Part shown: positions 26,357 through 35,994 of the stretch, one piece after another
Numbering within the stretch: position 1 is the first letter of the stretch
Layout of the letters: each line of letters begins with the position of its first letter
Origin: Clostridia bacterium
GTDB lineage: Bacteria > Bacillota > Clostridia > Monoglobales > Firm-18
NCBI GenBank assembly: GCA_017397315.1
Contig: JAFQJA010000021.1
Location: 42,756-106,755, forward strand
Direction of reading: 5' to 3'
Length of the DNA stretch: 64,000 nt
The notes under the pieces: model-generated
Databases searched by the model: none
Told to the model about the DNA's origin: nothing
What the model saw: the letters and a program-made list of their open reading frames with translations, nothing else
Translations under genes and position numbers: made by a program

Positions 26357-28606
26357 ATGAATAATATGTCAACGGAAAACCATAAAAACAGAAAAACTCC
26401 CATAAGAAAAATCGTAAAACGAAGAACAGCCGTAATAGGTCTGTGCTTTGTTGCTGTGCTTTTGCTCCTTATTACAAGAATTGCTTATATTTTGGTAGTT
26501 CATGGAGAAACATATCAGATGGAGGCCGTGGAGCAACAAACACGCGACAGTCTTATTACATCTAAGCGAGGAGATATATTAGACAGAAACGGCAAACAAC
26601 TTGCAGTATCCGCAAGCGTGGAAACTGTATCTGCCTCTCCCAGTCAGTTGTCAGCAAACAGTAAAAATGTATCTTTGGAAACCGTGGCAAAAGGCTTAAG
26701 CGAAATATTAGAACTCGACTACGAGGAAACTCTCGCAAAAATTTCTAAAAAGCAAGAATATATATCAATCAAGGAAAAAATAGAAAAAGACAAGGCAGAC
26801 CAGGTGCGTAAATTTATTACCGATAATAAAATAATAGGCATAAATCTTAACCAGTCTACAAAAAGATTTTATCCTTACGGCAATTTTGCCTCTCAGGTTA
26901 TTGGTACAACCGGAACTGATAATCAGGGCTTATTTGGGATTGAAATGATTTATGATAAATACTTAAGGGGCTCTCCGGGCAGAGTTGTATCTTCAAAAAC
27001 TGCCGGCGGAAAGGATATGCCTTTTAAATACGAACGCATGATAGACCCTAAAGATGGTCTAAATGTGATGCTGACTATTGATGAAACCATACAAAGAATT
27101 GTAGAAAAGCATCTTGAAACCGCTATGTTGGAAAACAAATTGAACAACGGTGCTGCATGTATCGTTATGGAGGTAAAAACAGGTAATATTCTTGCTATGA
27201 GCACAAAGCCCGACTTCGACTTAAATCAGGCTTTCGCAATACAAAATAATGACGACGCAAAAGAACAAATTGATGTTGCAACAGGAGACGAAAAGATAAA
27301 ACTTTATAATGAAGCATTACAAAAAATGTGGCGTAACAAAGCAGTTTCAGACACCTACGAGCCAGGTTCTACTTTCAAAATATTTACAATGGCAATGGCA
27401 CTTGAAGAGAGCACGAGCAAATTAAATGACACCTTCTATTGCGGAGGTTCAAAAAAAGTAGGTTCTCATACAATAAGATGCTGGAAAGCAGGGGGCCACG
27501 GTGTAGAAACATTTGTTCAGGCAGCTCAAAACTCATGCAACCCTGCATTTATTGAAATAGGTGCAAAGATTGGCCCGGAAAAATTTTACCAGTATTTTGA
27601 CGGTTTTGGTTTTTTAAACAGAACAGGTATTGATTTAGAGGGTGAGGCGTTGGCGTTATTCCACAACAAATCAGGATTTCACGAAATCCAACTTGCTACT
27701 GCCTCTTTCGGTCAAAGTTTTAATGTAACTCCGCTTCAGATGATTTCTGCGGTATCCGCTGTGGCAAACGGCGGAAAGCTTATGCAACCAAAACTTGTAA
27801 AACGACTTACAGATTCAGACGGCAATGTGGTAACTACATACGAAGATAAAGTGGTAAGGCAAATTATTTCGGAACAAACATGCGATACATTATGCAGTAT
27901 TTTGGAGTCGGTTGTAGCAGAAGGTGGCGGAAGCGGTGCATATATAAAAGGATACCGTGTAGCCGGAAAAACAGGTACTGCAGAAAAAATACCGAGAGGT
28001 ACAGGAAAGTACATTGCATCATTTATAGGCTTTGCTCCTGCCGACGACCCTGAAATTGCAGTTTTAGTTATGCTTGACGAACCAAACGGCAACGCATATT
28101 ATGGCGGAACTATTGCCGCACCGGTTGCAAGAAATATCTTCGAAGATTCTCTTAACTATCTTAACATAGAACCCGCTTATACGCCGGAAGAACTGTCAAC
28201 CCTGCAGGTTACAATTCCCAATGTAACAGGAAAACCGGTTGACGAGGCAAAGAAAGTTCTAACTGCTTTTGGTCTAAAATACAGTGTTAATGGCGATAAT
28301 GATACTGTGCTTAACCAAATTCCCAAAGGCGGAGTTAAAGTTAATCAGTCTTCTACAATTATGCTTTACACAAACGAGGAAGAAACTACAACTATGACTA
28401 CTGTCCCCAATGTACTGAACTGCTCTACAATTAAAGCGTCAGAACTTATGAGACAGGCAAATCTTAATATTAACATTGTGGGTGCAGGTGCAAATCCCAA
28501 TCCGACAAATGTAATAGCCTACAAGCAGGACCCTGTGGCAGGTACGCAGGTAGAAATCGGCCGTGTTGTTACGGTGGAATTCCGAAAACTTGAAATAGGC
28601 GAATAG
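26357..28606 (+). CDS. class B penicillin-binding protein (FtsI/SpoVD-like) with C-terminal PASTA repeats
   Basis: Transpeptidase motifs STFK, SCN and KTGT, followed by two PASTA-like repeats. Confidence 0.9.
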   Translation: MNNMSTENHKNRKTPIRKIVKRRTAVIGLCFVAVLLLLITRIAYILVVHGETYQMEAVEQQTRDSLITSKRGDILDRNGKQLAVSASVETVSASPSQLSANSKNVSLETVAKGLSEILELDYEETLAKISKKQEYISIKEKIEKDKADQVRKFITDNKIIGINLNQSTKRFYPYGNFASQVIGTTGTDNQGLFGIEMIYDKYLRGSPGRVVSSKTAGGKDMPFKYERMIDPKDGLNVMLTIDETIQRIVEKHLETAMLENKLNNGAACIVMEVKTGNILAMSTKPDFDLNQAFAIQNNDDAKEQIDVATGDEKIKLYNEALQKMWRNKAVSDTYEPGSTFKIFTMAMALEESTSKLNDTFYCGGSKKVGSHTIRCWKAGGHGVETFVQAAQNSCNPAFIEIGAKIGPEKFYQYFDGFGFLNRTGIDLEGEALALFHNKSGFHEIQLATASFGQSFNVTPLQMISAVSAVANGGKLMQPKLVKRLTDSDGNVVTTYEDKVVRQIISEQTCDTLCSILESVVAEGGGSGAYIKGYRVAGKTGTAEKIPRGTGKYIASFIGFAPADDPEIAVLVMLDEPNGNAYYGGTIAAPVARNIFEDSLNYLNIEPAYTPEELSTLQVTIPNVTGKPVDEAKKVLTAFGLKYSVNGDNDTVLNQIPKGGVKVNQSSTIMLYTNEEETTTMTTVPNVLNCSTIKASELMRQANLNINIVGAGANPNPTNVIAYKQDPVAGTQVEIGRVVTVEFRKLEIGE

Positions 28607-28632
28607 CAAACATCTTTTAAGGGGAATAAAAT

Positions 28633-30030
28633 ATGAAAATTAATGAACTGATTGAAACTAAATTTGATATTGATGTTACCGGAATATGTTGCAACTCAAC
28701 AGTTACAAAACCGGGTGATGTGTTTATTGCTGTAAGCGGTTTTAAAACAGACGGGCATAAATTTGCAAAAGATGCACAAAACAAAGGTGCAGTATGTGTT
28801 GTTGCCCAGCATGAAATAAACGACCTTGATATTCCTGTGATTGTTGTAGAAAACACAAGAGTTGCACTTGCACAGATTGCTCACAATTTTTATAATAAAC
28901 CCACACAAAACTTCAAACTTATCGGTGTTACAGGTACAAACGGCAAAACGACCGTAACATATCTTGTAAAATCCATACTTGAAGCCGCAGGTGAAAAAGT
29001 AGGCCTTATCGGTACGAACCAGAATATGATTGGCGACAAAGCATACGAAACAGACAGAACAACTCCCGATTCTTTGGAACTGGTTCAGTTATTTGCAAAA
29101 ATGGCAGAAGAGAGATGCACTTATGTTGTTATGGAGGTTTCCTCTCACTCACTGGAATTAAGCAGAGTTCATGGTTGCGAGTTTGAAGTAAGTGCTTTCA
29201 CTAATCTTACACAAGACCATCTCGACTTCCATATCACTATGGAAAATTATCTGAAAGCAAAAACAAAACTGTTTAAAATATGCAACAAGGCTGTTATTAA
29301 TATTGATGATGACGGAGGCAAGAAAATTGCGTCAGATGTTGCTTGCAGTAAAGTTACTTACGGAACATGCGACGCAGACATTACCGCAACAGAAATAATC
29401 TTAAATCCCACAGGGGTTGAGTTTGACTGTCTTGATACGCATTTTACATTAAATATTCCCGGATTGTTTTCAGTTTACAACGCTTTGGCTTCTATTTCCA
29501 TCTGCACGGCGTTGGGGGTAGATAAAGAGTTAATAAGAAATACCCTTGCAAAAGCAACCGGCGTTAAAGGAAGATTTGAAGTATATCCCGTAAAAGACGA
29601 TTTTACAGTTATTATAGATTATGCTCACTCTCCCGACGGCATAAAGAAAATACTTGAAACAGTAAGAGGCTTTGCAAAAGGCAGAGTCGTTATTCTGTTT
29701 GGTTGCGGCGGGGACCGCGATGACAAAAAGCGTCCGCAAATGGGTAAAGTTGCGGGAGAACTTGCTGATTTTTGCATAATCACTTCTGACAATCCCAGAA
29801 GCGAAGAACCTGCAGCAATTATAAGAGATATTTTAGGCGGTATGAAAAATGCTACTGCTGACTATGTTGTAATAGAAAACAGAGAAAACGCAATAGAATA
29901 TGCAATTAAAAACGCACAAAAAGATGATGTTATAATTTTAGCAGGCAAAGGCCACGAAACATATCAGATATTAAATGACAAAACAATCCACTTTGACGAA
30001 AGAGAAATCATTGCAAAATATTTAAGATAG
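28633..30030 (+). CDS. murE: UDP-MurNAc-L-Ala-D-Glu--2,6-diaminopimelate ligase
   Basis: GVTGTNGKTT P-loop and the DNPR motif (meso-DAP specificity). Confidence 0.9.
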   Translation: MKINELIETKFDIDVTGICCNSTVTKPGDVFIAVSGFKTDGHKFAKDAQNKGAVCVVAQHEINDLDIPVIVVENTRVALAQIAHNFYNKPTQNFKLIGVTGTNGKTTVTYLVKSILEAAGEKVGLIGTNQNMIGDKAYETDRTTPDSLELVQLFAKMAEERCTYVVMEVSSHSLELSRVHGCEFEVSAFTNLTQDHLDFHITMENYLKAKTKLFKICNKAVINIDDDGGKKIASDVACSKVTYGTCDADITATEIILNPTGVEFDCLDTHFTLNIPGLFSVYNALASISICTALGVDKELIRNTLAKATGVKGRFEVYPVKDDFTVIIDYAHSPDGIKKILETVRGFAKGRVVILFGCGGDRDDKKRPQMGKVAGELADFCIITSDNPRSEEPAAIIRDILGGMKNATADYVVIENRENAIEYAIKNAQKDDVIILAGKGHETYQILNDKTIHFDEREIIAKYLR

Positions 30031-30048
30031 TATTGAGGTGAATTTGCT

Positions 30049-31395
30049 TTGGTACCTGTTTTTATAGACGATATTATTAAAGCAGTTGACGGCACTGTCA
30101 TCAGTAAAATTGAAAATTCCACAGTAGATAAAATTACTACCGACAGCAGAGAAAAAGACGGCGGTATGTTTATTGCACTAAAAGGAGATAACTTTGACGG
30201 CAATGACTTTGCTTTACAGTATTTAAAAAATAACCAAAGCATAATAGTAAGCCAAAATATACCTCCTATGGAAAACAAAAACATAATATATGTTGAAAAT
30301 ACAGGATGTGCACTTATTAAACTTGCAGGTTATTACCGGTCTCTTTTTGATATTCCGGTTATCGGAATAACCGGAAGTGTCGGCAAAACCAGTACAAAAG
30401 AAATGATTGCAAGTATATTATCCCAGCACTTCAATACTATGAAAACCGAAGGAAACTTTAACAACGAAATAGGTGTTCCTCTTACTCTTTTTAATCTTCA
30501 ATCTAATCATAGTTGTGCGGTTGTAGAGATGGGAATGAGCAACCTTGGCGAAATGAAAAGGCTGACAAGTGCAGTAAAGCCAACCATTGCGGTTATTACA
30601 AATATAGGTTCTGCTCACATAGGAAATCTTGGGAGCAGAGAAAACATACTAAAAGCAAAACTTGAAATACTAGAAGGTATGAATGAAAATTCCCTGGTAG
30701 TTTTAAATGCCGACGACAAACTCTTGTATGGATTAAAAGGGAAACTGCCGTTTAAGCAGGTATATTTCGGTATCGAGAACAAAGATGCAGACATTGTTGC
30801 AGATGATATAACAACTTCAGGCGAAAAGGTAACATTTGTTGCGCTGGACACACAATTTACAATAAATGCACCCGGCAGGCACCACATTCTTAATGCTCTT
30901 GCCGGTATTGCCATTGGAAAACACCTGGGCATCTCTATAAACAAAATCAAAAACGGTATTATGCAGTTTAAAAACTGCGGTATGAGGCAAAACATTACAA
31001 AATATGGTGATGTAACAATAATTGAAGACTGCTACAACGCCAGCCTTGACTCTATGAAAACTTCAATCGAAGTTTTAAAGGATATTTCAAAAGGCAGAAC
31101 CGTTGCAGTTTTCGGCGACATATTAGAACAAGGTGATTTTTCTTTTGAAGCCCACAGGGAATTAGGTCAGATAGTTTCCCAAAACAAGATTGACTTACTT
31201 CTGACTTTAGGTGAAAATTGTAAAGTAACTACACAAACAGCATCCTCTTTAGGTGTTGAAGCACATAGTTTTGACACTCACGAAGAAGTGGCAGATTATA
31301 TGGAAAAACATATAAAAGCGGGAGATACGATTTTATTCAAAGGCTCGCGGGGAATGAAACTGGAAAAGGTAATTCATCTGTATATGAAAGGATAA
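30049..31395 (+). CDS. murF: UDP-MurNAc-tripeptide--D-Ala-D-Ala ligase
   Basis: GITGSVGKTSTKEM P-loop and Mur ligase layout. TTG start. Confidence 0.9.
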   Translation: MVPVFIDDIIKAVDGTVISKIENSTVDKITTDSREKDGGMFIALKGDNFDGNDFALQYLKNNQSIIVSQNIPPMENKNIIYVENTGCALIKLAGYYRSLFDIPVIGITGSVGKTSTKEMIASILSQHFNTMKTEGNFNNEIGVPLTLFNLQSNHSCAVVEMGMSNLGEMKRLTSAVKPTIAVITNIGSAHIGNLGSRENILKAKLEILEGMNENSLVVLNADDKLLYGLKGKLPFKQVYFGIENKDADIVADDITTSGEKVTFVALDTQFTINAPGRHHILNALAGIAIGKHLGISINKIKNGIMQFKNCGMRQNITKYGDVTIIEDCYNASLDSMKTSIEVLKDISKGRTVAVFGDILEQGDFSFEAHRELGQIVSQNKIDLLLTLGENCKVTTQTASSLGVEAHSFDTHEEVADYMEKHIKAGDTILFKGSRGMKLEKVIHLYMKG

Positions 31396-31400
31396 CCGTA

Positions 31401-32351
31401 ATGACAAACAATATTTTAACAGCACTTATATCATTTATTGTAACGGTGGCAGTTTCGCCTATTGCTATTAAATATTTAACCAAACTGAAATTTGGTCAGG
31501 AAATTCGTGAAATAGGACCAGAGTGGCACAACAAAAAAAGAGGTACCCCCACAATGGGCGGTATTGTTGTTATATTTTCAGTTCTTGTTGCAACAGCATT
31601 CAATTACAAACTGCTGTCTCCAAAACTGTTACTGGTTTTAGTCAGTTCGGTGTCATTTGGTATAATAGGTTTTATTGACGACTACATAAAAGTAGTTTTA
31701 AAAAGAAATTTAGGCCTTACGGCAAAACAAAAGTCATTTCTTCAGGTGCTTGTTGCTGCCGTTGTGTTGGTAACGGGATTAAATTATGGTATCATATCCA
31801 CAAATATATTTATTCCATTTTTAAAGATTTACAAAGACCTTTGATGGTTTTACATACCTGTTGCTCTTTTTGTTATAGTAGGCGTTGTAAACAGCGTTAA
31901 TTTGACTGATGGAATTGACGGTCTTGCAACTTCTGTTACGATTGTCGTAATGATATTTTTTGGTTGTATATTGGTTGACAATCCATCGTTATCCGTCTTT
32001 GTAAATGCAATTTTGGGCGGATTAATCGGATTTTTGCTTTTTAATAAAAATCCTGCAAAAGTATTTATGGGTGATACCGGTTCGCTGTTTTTGGGCGGTG
32101 CCGTTGCAATGCTGGCAATAATTTGTGAAAACCCCTTAATTCTTGTGTTGGCAGGCTTTGTTTATTTCGCAGAAACGCTTTCCGTAATTATTCAGGTTAC
32201 CTCTTTTAAATTGACGGGGAAAAGAGTATTTAAAATGACTCCCATACACCATCATTTTGAAATGTGCGGGTGGAACGAAAAAAAGATAGTATTGGCTTTT
32301 TCCGTAGTAACTGCATTGCTTAGTGTGGTTTCTATACTTGGTGTACTATAA
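31401..32351 (+). pseudogene. mraY: phospho-MurNAc-pentapeptide translocase interrupted by one in-frame TGA (31842-31844)
   Basis: ORFs 31401-31844 and 31902-32351 are in the same frame. The read-through gives ...[30 protein letters not shown]. The stop aligns with the Gly of the conserved DLGW segment of MraY. Confidence 0.85.
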
Positions 32352-32370
32352 TTTTAAAAGGAAGATTATT

Positions 32371-33468
32371 GTGAAAAAACGACATGTTGATATGTATTTT
32401 CTAATAACAGTTTTTGTACTTCTGGGCTTTGGGCTTATTATGGTAATGTCAGCAAGTTCAGAATGGTCAAGGAATTTAAGTTATACAAACGGAGACGCCC
32501 TTTATTTCTTCAAAAGGCAGGCGGTATGGGCAGTTATTTCTGCATTTGTATTCGCATTTTTTGCTCTTGTAGATTACCATGTATGGGGTAAGTTTTCCAA
32601 TATAATCCTTGGCGTTGTAGGCCTACTACTCCTTCTTGTACTTCTGGTGGGTACAGAAGTTAACGGGGGTAAACGCTGGATTGATTTAGGCTTTATGCAG
32701 TTGCAACCCTCTGAATTCGCAAAAGTAGGACTGATAATATGGTTCTCATGGAATTTGGCAAAAAAAGAAGACCCTCTAGCAAAATTTTGGTCAGGTCTTG
32801 TGCCATACCTCGGGATAATTTTACTGACCGATGTTTTAATTGTTCTGGAAAAACACCTTAGTGCTACAGTTTTAGTAACTCTTGTTTCTGTAGGACTCCT
32901 TTTTATAGCCGGTATGAGATGGAAACATCTCATACCGTTCGGCATTGCCGGAGTAGCGGGTGCAGTAGGTCTTATAGTAGCGGAGCCGTACAGATGGAAA
33001 CGAATAACCGCGTTTTTAGACCCTTTTGCAGACAGACTTGGCGACGGTTATCAGATTATCCAATCCCTTTACGCCATCGCAAGCGGTGGTCTTTTCGGTT
33101 TGGGACTTGGTCAAAGCAGGCAAAAATTTTCTTATATTCCCGAGCCACACAATGACTTTATATTCTCAATTATTTGTGAGGAACTCGGTCTGATAGGTGC
33201 AATACTTGTTATTCTTCTGTTTTGTATATTAATATGGAGGGGAGTTCGTATTTCCCTTTTGGCAAAAGACAAATTTGGGCGTTATCTTGCAATGGGTGTA
33301 ACTATGCTTATTGCTTTTCAGGTAATTATTAATATTGCCGTTGTAACATCTTCAATGCCTGTTACCGGTATGCCGTTGCCGTTTTTCAGTTACGGCGGTA
33401 CTGCACTTACTGTAATAATGGGTTGTATGGGCCTTGTGCTTAATGTTTCCGCACAGGGCAAAAAATAA
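32371..33468 (+). CDS. ftsW: SEDS-family peptidoglycan glycosyltransferase (FtsW/SpoVE)
   Basis: Polytopic protein with the conserved PEPHNDFIFS and MPLPFFSYGG motifs. GTG start at 32371 after AAAGGAAG. Confidence 0.85.
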   Translation: MKKRHVDMYFLITVFVLLGFGLIMVMSASSEWSRNLSYTNGDALYFFKRQAVWAVISAFVFAFFALVDYHVWGKFSNIILGVVGLLLLLVLLVGTEVNGGKRWIDLGFMQLQPSEFAKVGLIIWFSWNLAKKEDPLAKFWSGLVPYLGIILLTDVLIVLEKHLSATVLVTLVSVGLLFIAGMRWKHLIPFGIAGVAGAVGLIVAEPYRWKRITAFLDPFADRLGDGYQIIQSLYAIASGGLFGLGLGQSRQKFSYIPEPHNDFIFSIICEELGLIGAILVILLFCILIWRGVRISLLAKDKFGRYLAMGVTMLIAFQVIINIAVVTSSMPVTGMPLPFFSYGGTALTVIMGCMGLVLNVSAQGKK

Positions 33469-33485
33469 AGAAAGGACTAAAAAGT

Positions 33486-34577
33486 ATGCGTGTAATATGT
33501 GCAGGAGGCGGAACGGGGGGACACATAAACCCTGCAATCGCTATTGCAAAACACATAGTACAAAAGAATCCGGAAAGTGAATTTCTGTTTGTGGGAACTG
33601 ACAACGGAATGGAAAAAGTTCTTGTTCCGAAAAGCGGTTTTCCCATAACTTTTATTGATGTAAACGGTTTTAAAAGAAGTCTTTCCTTATATAATTTGAA
33701 AACGGTATTCAAAGCACTTACAGCTGTTTTGAAATGCAAAAGAATTATAAAAGATTTCAAACCTGACATTGTAGTTGGCACAGGGGGATATGTTTCCGGC
33801 CCAGTTCTTTTAACGGCATCTTTGATGAAAATTCCCACAGTTATTCTTGAGCAAAATGTTTTTGCAGGTATGACAAGCAAAATGCTCTCCAGACTGGTAG
33901 ATACAGTTTGTCTGGGTTTTGAAGAAACAAGAGCGTCTTTCCCCGATGCGAAAAATGTAGTTTTAACAGGGACCCCTATCCGTGATGAACTGTTTTTAAC
34001 AGACAAACAAACTGCAAGAAAAACTATAGGAATTGACAACAAGCCCTTTGTTGTGTGCTTTGGAGGAAGTCTTGGTGCAGAAACTATCAACAATGCTATG
34101 ACAGACTTTATAAACAACTGTGCAGGGAATGATTACAATGTGTTGTTTGCAACCGGAGAAAACAGTTATGAAAGCGTCAAGAAAAAAATCATAAATAAAA
34201 ATAACAATATAAAAGTTGTTCCTTATATATATAATATGGACCAGGTTATGAATGCTGCCGACCTTCTTATTTGCAGAAGCGGTGCAATAACAACCTGTGA
34301 AATCGCAGCACTTGGGAAACCTTCAATTTTAATTCCGTCGCCTAATGTAACTGACAATCATCAGCATTATAACGCGAAAGCTCTGTCGGACAGAGAAGCG
34401 TCGGTGCTTGTTACAGAGGAACAGTTAAAAGAAAACCCCAATGTTTTAAACAATACAATTACTTCTCTTTTAAAAGATAAAACGGCGTTGGAGAGAATGA
34501 GTAATAACGCACAGAAAATAGGAATTAAAGACGGGTGTGAAAGAATTTATAACGAAATAAAAACGGTAGTCAGGTAG
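33486..34577 (+). CDS. murG: UDP-GlcNAc--lipid I GlcNAc transferase
   Basis: GGGTGGHINPA N-terminus and the ICRSGAITTCE ... HQHYNA motifs. Confidence 0.9.
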   Translation: MRVICAGGGTGGHINPAIAIAKHIVQKNPESEFLFVGTDNGMEKVLVPKSGFPITFIDVNGFKRSLSLYNLKTVFKALTAVLKCKRIIKDFKPDIVVGTGGYVSGPVLLTASLMKIPTVILEQNVFAGMTSKMLSRLVDTVCLGFEETRASFPDAKNVVLTGTPIRDELFLTDKQTARKTIGIDNKPFVVCFGGSLGAETINNAMTDFINNCAGNDYNVLFATGENSYESVKKKIINKNNNIKVVPYIYNMDQVMNAADLLICRSGAITTCEIAALGKPSILIPSPNVTDNHQHYNAKALSDREASVLVTEEQLKENPNVLNNTITSLLKDKTALERMSNNAQKIGIKDGCERIYNEIKTVVR

Positions 34578-34596
34578 ACTACCGTTTGTTTTTATA
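34563..34596. terminator. bidirectional terminator (murG / 6S-like RNA)
   Basis: Stem acggtagtc / gactaccgt, followed by ttgttttt on the plus strand. It is A-rich upstream, so it is also usable from the minus strand. Confidence 0.65.
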
Positions 34597-34597
34597 A

Positions 34598-34781
34598 ATA
34601 TCCCCAAATGTGCCGTTAGTTTCGTAATTTACAACCTGCTTATAGCAGGTGGGTGCCTCCTGAAACTTTATGGGTTTCCCAAATAAATTTGGGCATACAC
34701 GCAGGCCTCAGAGAGTCGGCTCCCTATCAAAATCTGTTGGTTATAAATTAAAGAAACTTATTCACGGACACCCCAGGGACT
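34598..34781 (-). ncRNA. ssrS: 6S-like RNA (about 185 nt)
   Basis: It has its own TTGATT-17-TATACT promoter. The 5' arm (CCCUGGGGUGUCCGU..GUUUC.UUAAUUUAUAAC) pairs with the 3' arm (GUUGUAAAUUA.GAAAC..ACGGCACAUUUGGGG). There is a central asymmetric region with the hairpin CCUGC-UAUAA-GCAGG and an apical hairpin CCCAAA-UUUA-UUUGGG. It contains no ORF. Confidence 0.6.
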
Positions 34782-34787
34782 AGTATT

Positions 34788-34816
34788 AGTATAACCTAAA
34801 ATTAAATAAAAATCAA
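34788..34816 (-). promoter_or_regulatory. promoter of the 6S-like RNA
   Basis: Minus-strand TTGATT at 34811-34816 and TATACT at 34788-34793, 17-nt spacer. Confidence 0.6.
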
Positions 34817-34831
34817 CATTTTAAAATTTTT

Positions 34832-35056
34832 TCACCCTACTCTGCTTATAAAATCTTCTACAACGCTTTTAAAATGTATGAGAGACAAGCCTCCCCTGTT
34901 AAACATTTTGACTAATTTCATCACAAATTTCTTATTACTTGATACATGTAATATTCCGTCAACCAGATTGTCGTCAACATAAACACATATCCCGTAATCA
35001 ATTATATCTTTTCCCTCTGCCTTAGTTGCAGTTTCGCAAATCGTATATTTAAGCAA
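34832..35056 (-). CDS. hypothetical protein (74 aa)
   Basis: Open frame only. I recognise no motif. Confidence 0.35.
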   Translation of the reverse strand: MLKYTICETATKAEGKDIIDYGICVYVDDNLVDGILHVSSNKKFVMKLVKMFNRGGLSLIHFKSVVEDFISRVG

Positions 35057-35160
35057 TTATCGTACATCCCTTTCCTTTAAGCTTGTGTAATCATTATATC
35101 CCTGCAAAACCGCTATGGTCAACGAAAAGTCGGCGTCAAATTACTACAATGTTTTGTCGA

Positions 35161-35994
35161 CTATTGTCGATTTAATATTTTACTTACACCCTGTCCGTGT
35201 TTTCTGTTATACCTTTTAAGTTGATACAAACTGTCTCCTTCCTTTATATAATTCATACCTTCACCACAGGAAAGAGATGCGCTAAACCCCATTATTTCCA
35301 ATAGTTCTTCAGAATCGTCGCTTATTCCTCCAAAAGGATAAGTATAAGTGGTAGCAGTAACTCCTGCTTTTTCTTTAAGCAGAATTTGGTTTTTTAAAGT
35401 GTCCTCCATAAAAACTTTTTTGTAATGCTCTTTGCTTTCTCCTCTATTCTTCTTACTTCCGTTTCGTTTTGCAGTTATCGTATGCATATCAAACGAATGG
35501 TTTTGTATCTCTGCATATCCGGAATCTTTAAGTTCTTTAATTCTTTCCCAGGTAAGATAGGAGTAATTTGCATTTTCTTCCTGAGTTTCGGAATACCGCT
35601 CCGCATAAGAGCCTACAACTGACATCACCATTTTCATATTATACTTTTTTACAAGAGGATACCCATAAACATAGTTGTTATAACAACCGTCATCAAAGGT
35701 GAGTATTACCGGTTTTTCAGGCAATCTTTCGCCTTTTTTGACAAAATTTATAAGTTCTTCCATAAAAATTGCAGTGTATCCTTGTTCCTTTAAATATATT
35801 AAATCCTGTTCAAGCTCAGTGGGAGTTATTACGAACTTCCCCGAACTTGATGCATCTTTTAAAATGCTGTGATACATTATTATAGGCACTACCACCTCAT
35901 TATCTTTAGCAAAAACAAAAGCAATAGTCGTAAGCAACACACCCAACACTAACACAAATAGAACAATATATTTAAGGCGTAATGTGATAATCAT
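35161..35994 (-). CDS. membrane-anchored polysaccharide deacetylase (NodB/PgdA family)
   Basis: TFDDG motif and a NodB-like layout after one TM. SD AAGGAG, 6 nt, then ATG at 35994. Confidence 0.8.
   Translation of the reverse strand: MIITLRLKYIVLFVLVLGVLLTTIAFVFAKDNEVVVPIIMYHSILKDASSSGKFVITPTELEQDLIYLKEQGYTAIFMEELINFVKKGERLPEKPVILTFDDGCYNNYVYGYPLVKKYNMKMVMSVVGSYAERYSETQEENANYSYLTWERIKELKDSGYAEIQNHSFDMHTITAKRNGSKKNRGESKEHYKKVFMEDTLKNQILLKEKAGVTATTYTYPFGGISDDSEELLEIMGFSASLSCGEGMNYIKEGDSLYQLKRYNRKHGQGVSKILNRQ

Noticed and set aside
31842-31844. TGA in mraY as evidence for a reassigned genetic code (TGA=Gly or Trp) or selenocysteine
   Set aside because: TGA clearly terminates darA (1925-1927) and mraZ (24883-24885) at their expected protein lengths, in ATGA overlaps. 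I see no SECIS-like hairpin following the mraY TGA. The aligned residue is a conserved Gly, not Cys/Sec.
32352-32370. Absence of murD between mraY and ftsW as a sign of deletion or novelty
   Set aside because: The junction is a clean 19-nt spacer with an SD for ftsW. murD is probably encoded elsewhere in the genome, and this cannot be judged from one window.
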